A DNA stretch of 64,000 nt from an uncultured Acidobacteriota bacterium (GTDB taxonomy: Bacteria > Acidobacteriota > Thermoanaerobaculia > Gp7-AA8): assembly GCA_963741955.1 (NCBI GenBank), contig CAVUKB010000005.1, forward strand, positions 736,001 through 800,000. The letters run 5' to 3'. The notes below the pieces were generated by a model, which saw only the letters and a list, made by a program, of their open reading frames with translations, was not told where the DNA came from and did not search any database. The first letter of the stretch is position 1. Each line of letters begins with the position of its first letter. Of this stretch, positions 59,158 to 64,000 are shown piece by piece. Both the position numbers and the translations under genes were made by a program.

Positions 59158-61179
59158 TCAGACCGCAGCGGCCCCCCTGCTCCGGACGGTGCGGGCCACA
59201 CTGCCGAAGTTGTCGATCAACGAACCGACGTCGACCACCAGAACGATCTCGTTCTCGCCGATCTCCGTCGCTCCCGCGACTCCCGGGATGGTCTTCAGCC
59301 TCTCGCCGATGGATTTGATCACGATCTCCTGCTGCCGTACGAGCGCGTCGACCAGCAGACCGACCAGCCGCTCGCCCGACCGGGTCACCACCACGAACCA
59401 TTTGCTGTCGGGAGTGTCCGTGCTGCGGCCGTCGTCGACTCCGAATGCGTCCGCGAGCCGGATCAGAGGGAGCGTGAAGTCGCGCAGATTGAATACTTCG
59501 CGCCTCTCGACCGTCCCGATCTCCCGCGCCCGTATCCTCAGCGACTCTTCCACGGAAGTGAGAGGAATGGCGAAGAGATCCTTTCCAACTCGCACCACGA
59601 GGGCCTGGAGAATGGCCAGGGTGATCGGGAGCATCACCCGGAACGTGGATCCCTTTCCCGGTTCGCTCAGCACGTCGATGGATCCCTTCAGGTCCTGGAT
59701 GTTCCGCCGAACCACGTCGAGACCGACACCGCGGCCGGAGATCTCGCTGACTGACGCCGCCGTCGAGAACCCGGGCGCGAAGATCAGCTCTGCGGCTCTC
59801 ATCTGGTCGAACGCATCGCCGGACCCGATCACGCCCTTCTTCGCCGCCGTCTTCCGGATCCGCTCGATGTCGATCCCGCGGCCGTCGTCGGAAACGTCGA
59901 TCACCACCGAGTTCCCCTTCTGATACGCCTGAAGAACGATGCTGCCCTTCGGTGGTTTTCCCGCCGCGATCCTCTCTTCGACCGGCTCGATCCCATGGTC
60001 GATCGCGTTCCGGATGATGTGCATCAGCGGATCAGTCAGCTGGTCGACCATCATCTTGTCGAGCTCCGTGTCTTCACCACGGAGGATCAGCTCGATCTCT
60101 TTCCCGAGCTCCCGCGCCACCTTCCGCACCGTGCGGGAAAGCTTCGAGTAGATCTGTCCCACCGGGACCATCCGGATCTCGATCACCGATTTCTGCAACT
60201 CGTTGAGCCGCCGGTCGAGATTGCGCGAGATCTTGTTCAGTTCCTGGATGCTGCTGCGTCCGCCGCGGGAATCGGAGGTCCGCGCGAGCGTTTCGAGATG
60301 AGCCTTCTCGATCAGAAGCTCGCCAACCACGTTCATCACGTGGTCGAGCTTCCGGATGTCGACCCGGACCGTGTTGGACATCGAACGAAGCGAAAGATCG
60401 TCCTCGACGGTACCCTCTCCTCCGGCGATGGACGGCTCCGTTTTCCGGAGAGAGCTGACCGTCGCCCGTTCGCCGACGAGATCTTCGACACTGGAACGAT
60501 TCAATTCCGTTCCGTACAACAGACGGAAGCCGATCCCTCCTCCTCCCGCCGTATCGACGGAGGGAAGCGTGGAGATCACCTCACCGTGGTCGTTCAGATC
60601 GCCACTGAGCTCCCGAAGACGCTCGTCGAAATCGGTCAGATCGAAGCTCGCTTCCACCGAGAGGACGTTCCGGCCGGAGCGGAGGTTCTCGAGAAGGCGA
60701 TGCTCTTCGTACTCGGTCAGCGACTTCCGCGTCTGGTCGTCGAGATCGATCTGCTCGAGCGGATCGTCATCGACGATCGGCTTCTGGTTCGTCACCAGCT
60801 GATGGATCCGGGTGGTGAGCTTCGGGAGATCGACCAGTGCCGCCAGTTGCGGATCGTAGATTCCGATCACCAGACGGTTGAGTGAATCAACCGCATCGTA
60901 AAGAAGATCGTAGAGCTCCCGGGAGATCTCCAGACGTCCCATCCGGAGCCGGTCGAGCATGTCCTCCAGATTGTGCGAAAGCTCGGAGATCTCCGCGAAG
61001 CCGAGCATCCCGGCCAGACCCTTGAGCGAATGAACGTTCCGGAAGATCTTGTTGATCAGCTCCGGGCGTACGCCCTTTCCCTGCGATTCGAACTCCGACA
61101 GATCTCGAGAGAGGGTATCCAGGAGCTCCTCTGCTTCCGAAGTGAACTCCTGCCTCGCACGATCGTCCTCTTTCGTCAT
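59158..61179 (-). CDS. cheA: Chemotaxis histidine kinase CheA
   Basis: Hpt IFRNVHSLKG, VRVD..KLD, HIIRNAIDHGIE, DDGRG, PGFSTA, SGRGVGLD, C-terminal CheW-like P5 domain. Confidence 0.96.
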   Translation of the reverse strand: MTKEDDRARQEFTSEAEELLDTLSRDLSEFESQGKGVRPELINKIFRNVHSLKGLAGMLGFAEISELSHNLEDMLDRLRMGRLEISRELYDLLYDAVDSLNRLVIGIYDPQLAALVDLPKLTTRIHQLVTNQKPIVDDDPLEQIDLDDQTRKSLTEYEEHRLLENLRSGRNVLSVEASFDLTDFDERLRELSGDLNDHGEVISTLPSVDTAGGGGIGFRLLYGTELNRSSVEDLVGERATVSSLRKTEPSIAGGEGTVEDDLSLRSMSNTVRVDIRKLDHVMNVVGELLIEKAHLETLARTSDSRGGRSSIQELNKISRNLDRRLNELQKSVIEIRMVPVGQIYSKLSRTVRKVARELGKEIELILRGEDTELDKMMVDQLTDPLMHIIRNAIDHGIEPVEERIAAGKPPKGSIVLQAYQKGNSVVIDVSDDGRGIDIERIRKTAAKKGVIGSGDAFDQMRAAELIFAPGFSTAASVSEISGRGVGLDVVRRNIQDLKGSIDVLSEPGKGSTFRVMLPITLAILQALVVRVGKDLFAIPLTSVEESLRIRAREIGTVERREVFNLRDFTLPLIRLADAFGVDDGRSTDTPDSKWFVVVTRSGERLVGLLVDALVRQQEIVIKSIGERLKTIPGVAGATEIGENEIVLVVDVGSLIDNFGSVARTVRSRGAAAV

Positions 61180-61559
61180 CAGGAAGCCACCTTGAGGAGC
61201 TTTCGGAGTTTCTCCTGGAGCTCTTCCGGAGCGAAGGGCTTGACCAGGTACTGTTCCGCCCCGAGTGCCGCCGCCCGTTTGCGATCTTCGTCGCTGCTCT
61301 CGGTGGAGATCACCATGATCGGGATCGAACGGTAGACGGGATGATTCTTGAGGAAACTGACCAGCTCGAGGCCATTGATGTCCGGCATGTTGATGTCGGT
61401 CAGGATCGCGTCGAACTTGTGGTGAGGGAGCGTCTTGAGCGCCTCGAACCCACTCGAAGCCTCGACGATCTCGAGCTCGAACTCCTCGCTCTCCCCCTCG
61501 ATCATCGTCGTCAGATACGCTCTCATCGAAGGCGAGTCTTCTACCACCAATATCTTCAT
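61179..61559 (-). CDS. CheY-like single-domain response regulator
   Basis: VEDS, TDINMPDING, ISTE, KPF. Confidence 0.92.
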   Translation of the reverse strand: MKILVVEDSPSMRAYLTTMIEGESEEFELEIVEASSGFEALKTLPHHKFDAILTDINMPDINGLELVSFLKNHPVYRSIPIMVISTESSDEDRKRAAALGAEQYLVKPFAPEELQEKLRKLLKVAS

Positions 61560-63550
61560 ACCCAGTCCCGACCGCTCATTTTCGAATTCGCGATCAACGC
61601 ATTCTCGAACGCATAGCCGGCCTGAGAGAGAAATATCTCCAGGCCGCTCAGCCCGTCCACCGGCGCATGATGCTCGCCATTGTCTCCGTAAAAGAGCCCG
61701 ATCACCCGCTCGCGGCTGACGATCGGCATCACGACCACTTCGGTCGGCTGGGCCGGACCGAGGCTCCGGATCAACCTCTCGTTCCCCGATGTCCGGCTGA
61801 TCTTCCCGCGATGAATGCTGCGAGTGGTCGCGACGTGGCTCAGTACGGACGGTTCCGCTCCGGAGATTCTAATCGCTCCAGCACGCTGATTCACGTCCTC
61901 GCCCGCGCCGGTGGCCCCGAAACCGCTCAAACCCTCGAATTCGCCCGGCGTGGCGACGAAAATCACCCCCCGGTCGACGTACTCGGCAGCGAGCCGGAGA
62001 ATCGTTGACGAAACCTGATCGAGATCGTTCGGATTCGAGAGCTCGTTGATCAACTGTTTCAGAAGCGAGAATCCCCTCTCGGTGCGCTCCTTCTCCGCCA
62101 TCTCGTAGAACTGCTTTCCCGGTTCCGCCTCGCCATCGACGCTCCTCGAAAAGTGCTCCCACTCCGAGAAAGCCCTCTCCGCGAACAGGACCAGCTCCTC
62201 GGCGAACATCGACAGCTCTTCCTCGAGTCTTCCGGGCTGCAACCGCGCCGGCGAGGGACGGGTCACGTACAGATCGGCGCCTTTCTTCAACAACTCGCTG
62301 CGCCGCCCCAGGTCGCCACTGCGGTCGATCACCACGACCGGCAGACGCCGGTTGCGCTTCTTGATCGTCTCCATCAGATTCAGCGCCGGATCATCCTCTG
62401 CCTCCACGTCGAGCTCGAGGAACGACACGAAGAACTGATTTTCGTGAAACAGCTCGAGCACCGTGCGGTGCACTTCTTCGGGATGACCGTACTGATGGAT
62501 CTGTACCCCGCGGCGGGTGAATGCACGCCGGGCCGCGACCCGGACCATCGGATCTCTTTCGAACAACACCACCGCTCTGGCGACATCACCAGCACCTTCC
62601 GGCGAAGCCACACGGAACAGGCTGCGCGAATCGGAAGGCGCCACCGGAGCTTCCTGCAGGACGTCGGGAACGGAAGGAATCGCCGCCGGCTCCCGCGGGA
62701 GCTCCGGTTCGTCCTCCGGCGCCGATTCGAGCGCTCCGCTCAGCTCCGAGCTGACCAGAGACTCGAGATCGGCCGGTGCGGGCTCCTCACCGGCAAGATC
62801 GAACGGCTCATTCTCCTCGGACGGCTCCAGATCGAACGGACCACGCTCGGCCGGCACGGCGCCTTCGGCTTCCGCCGGGCTCTGCGCGAGCGAAGCGAGA
62901 TCCTGCAGGGACAAGGCGGGCTGCGAAGGAGTGCCCCCCGGCGACTCCGGGTCCGGCGCAGCTTCGCGCCGTGACGGTGGCGGTGGGGCGGTGGGTTCCT
63001 TCGTCCCTCTCAGCAATGCCTTCCCCGCCTTCATGCTCTCTTCGAGACCGCGAAGGGGCTTGAGCTTCTCTCCTTCCGCGCCGCCGAGGATCCGTTGCGG
63101 CTCGATTCCTCCCTCGCGGAAGATCGCATCCGGGTCGTATTCGATGTCCGGAACACCGACCGAATCACTGAGAATGAAGTTGAATTCTCCTTCGCGGCTG
63201 TCGACCAGTGGCCGAACGACGGCCAGCACCCGCTGATGAATGATCTCGGCGAGTCGTTCTTCATCGAGGAGATGGAGCTCCAGTGCGGCACGACCGGTCG
63301 CCACGCCCGATTCCTCGGCCTGGCGGAGCATCGGGAGGGAGCTCGCCGGCACGAGCTCGTTCTGCTCGAGATACGTGAGGAGGCTCGGACTTTCGGGTGA
63401 GGAGGCATTGACGACGAGGCCGTGCCTGAACAGAACGGTGTATCTTCCCGCCGCATCGATGATCTCGAGAATCCCGGTCCGGCGACTGAGAAACACGATC
63501 TGAACGATGTCGGTCAGAGAAAGATCTTCCAGCCGTCCGAGGAGGCTCAA
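61556..63550 (-). CDS. DUF4388 + degenerate receiver + GAF multidomain protein
   Basis: MSL.G.LEDLSL.DI.Q..TG.L and EGEF.F (DUF4388/PATAN-like), acidic linker, REC-like region lacking the canonical Asp, C-terminal GAF (VIGLFYGDN, QAG.A.EN). Confidence 0.85.
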   Translation of the reverse strand: MSLLGRLEDLSLTDIVQIVFLSRRTGILEIIDAAGRYTVLFRHGLVVNASSPESPSLLTYLEQNELVPASSLPMLRQAEESGVATGRAALELHLLDEERLAEIIHQRVLAVVRPLVDSREGEFNFILSDSVGVPDIEYDPDAIFREGGIEPQRILGGAEGEKLKPLRGLEESMKAGKALLRGTKEPTAPPPPSRREAAPDPESPGGTPSQPALSLQDLASLAQSPAEAEGAVPAERGPFDLEPSEENEPFDLAGEEPAPADLESLVSSELSGALESAPEDEPELPREPAAIPSVPDVLQEAPVAPSDSRSLFRVASPEGAGDVARAVVLFERDPMVRVAARRAFTRRGVQIHQYGHPEEVHRTVLELFHENQFFVSFLELDVEAEDDPALNLMETIKKRNRRLPVVVIDRSGDLGRRSELLKKGADLYVTRPSPARLQPGRLEEELSMFAEELVLFAERAFSEWEHFSRSVDGEAEPGKQFYEMAEKERTERGFSLLKQLINELSNPNDLDQVSSTILRLAAEYVDRGVIFVATPGEFEGLSGFGATGAGEDVNQRAGAIRISGAEPSVLSHVATTRSIHRGKISRTSGNERLIRSLGPAQPTEVVVMPIVSRERVIGLFYGDNGEHHAPVDGLSGLEIFLSQAGYAFENALIANSKMSGRDWV

Positions 63551-63641
63551 TCGGTTATCCTCTCGTCTCCAAAATCATACGACGTGACCTGCGATACGAC
63601 GACCTACGGCCTCCCGTTGCCGTCGGCGAAGTCGCGGGCGG

Positions 63642-64000
63642 TCAGCGGCGGCGTTCAGCAGCATCGTCTGATGCCTGCTGGAGATTGTAACGTTTCAGGA
63701 TGCCGTCGAGAATGCCGTTGATGAACTGAGACGATTTCTGAGTGCCGAACTTCTTCGCGATCTCGATCGCTTCGTCGATGATCACGAGTTTCGGCGTGTC
63801 CGGTTCGTTCATGAATTCGTAGACCGACATTCGGATGATGTTTCGATCGACGGTGGCCATCCGCGAGAGCCGCCAGTTGTCGGCCTGCCTGGTGATCATT
63901 CCGTCGATCTGCTCGAGGCTGGAGACGGTTCCTTCGAAGAGCTTCACCGCGAAATCGCGCGTGGAGGTGCGGGCCTTGTGCAGATCTTCGAACGTCGTGA
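63642..64000 (-). CDS. nusB: Transcription antitermination factor NusB (5' end outside window)
   Basis: NWRLSRMATVDRNIIR, P...IIDEAIEIAKKFG...S..FINGILD. Confidence 0.93.
   Translation of the reverse strand, partial: TTFEDLHKARTSTRDFAVKLFEGTVSSLEQIDGMITRQADNWRLSRMATVDRNIIRMSVYEFMNEPDTPKLVIIDEAIEIAKKFGTQKSSQFINGILDGILKRYNLQQASDDAAERRR

Overview
GC-rich bacterial chromosomal window; gene content suggests Acidobacteriota (Thermoanaerobaculia-like) or a related lineage, which is inference only. Housekeeping and metabolic genes: ileS, queG, rsmA, trxA, a RidA-family gene, partial nusB, an nfnAB-type pair, cydAB, heme o/heme a/SCO oxidase-maturation genes, larC and a moxR-bat operon. Surface/secreted proteins: an ELWxxDGT/Calx-beta/IPTL-CTERM protein, an M14 peptidase, a matrixin and an MltD-like transglycosylase. 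Main points of interest: (1) a receptor-less chemosensory operon (51.0-63.6 kb) with HEAT, ExeA-ATPase, GAF and DUF4388 genes and a zinc-ribbon/pseudo-receiver protein whose C-terminus resembles RomX, with an extended MglA GTPase in the same window; (2) a sigma54 promoter driving a 55-aa hydrophobic peptide absent from the ORF track plus an RsbW/RsbV/RsbU-type partner switch, next to a GAF enhancer-binding protein with a GVATGV loop; (3) two related families of 160-180 bp hairpin elements with compensatory changes and CTAG-like flanks, occurring alone or fused in either order; (4) higher-order heptamer arrays abutting promoters, and a truncated REP-associated tyrosine transposase inside a long inverted repeat. 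No rRNA, tRNA or CRISPR array was seen. All family calls come from motif recognition, not database searches.
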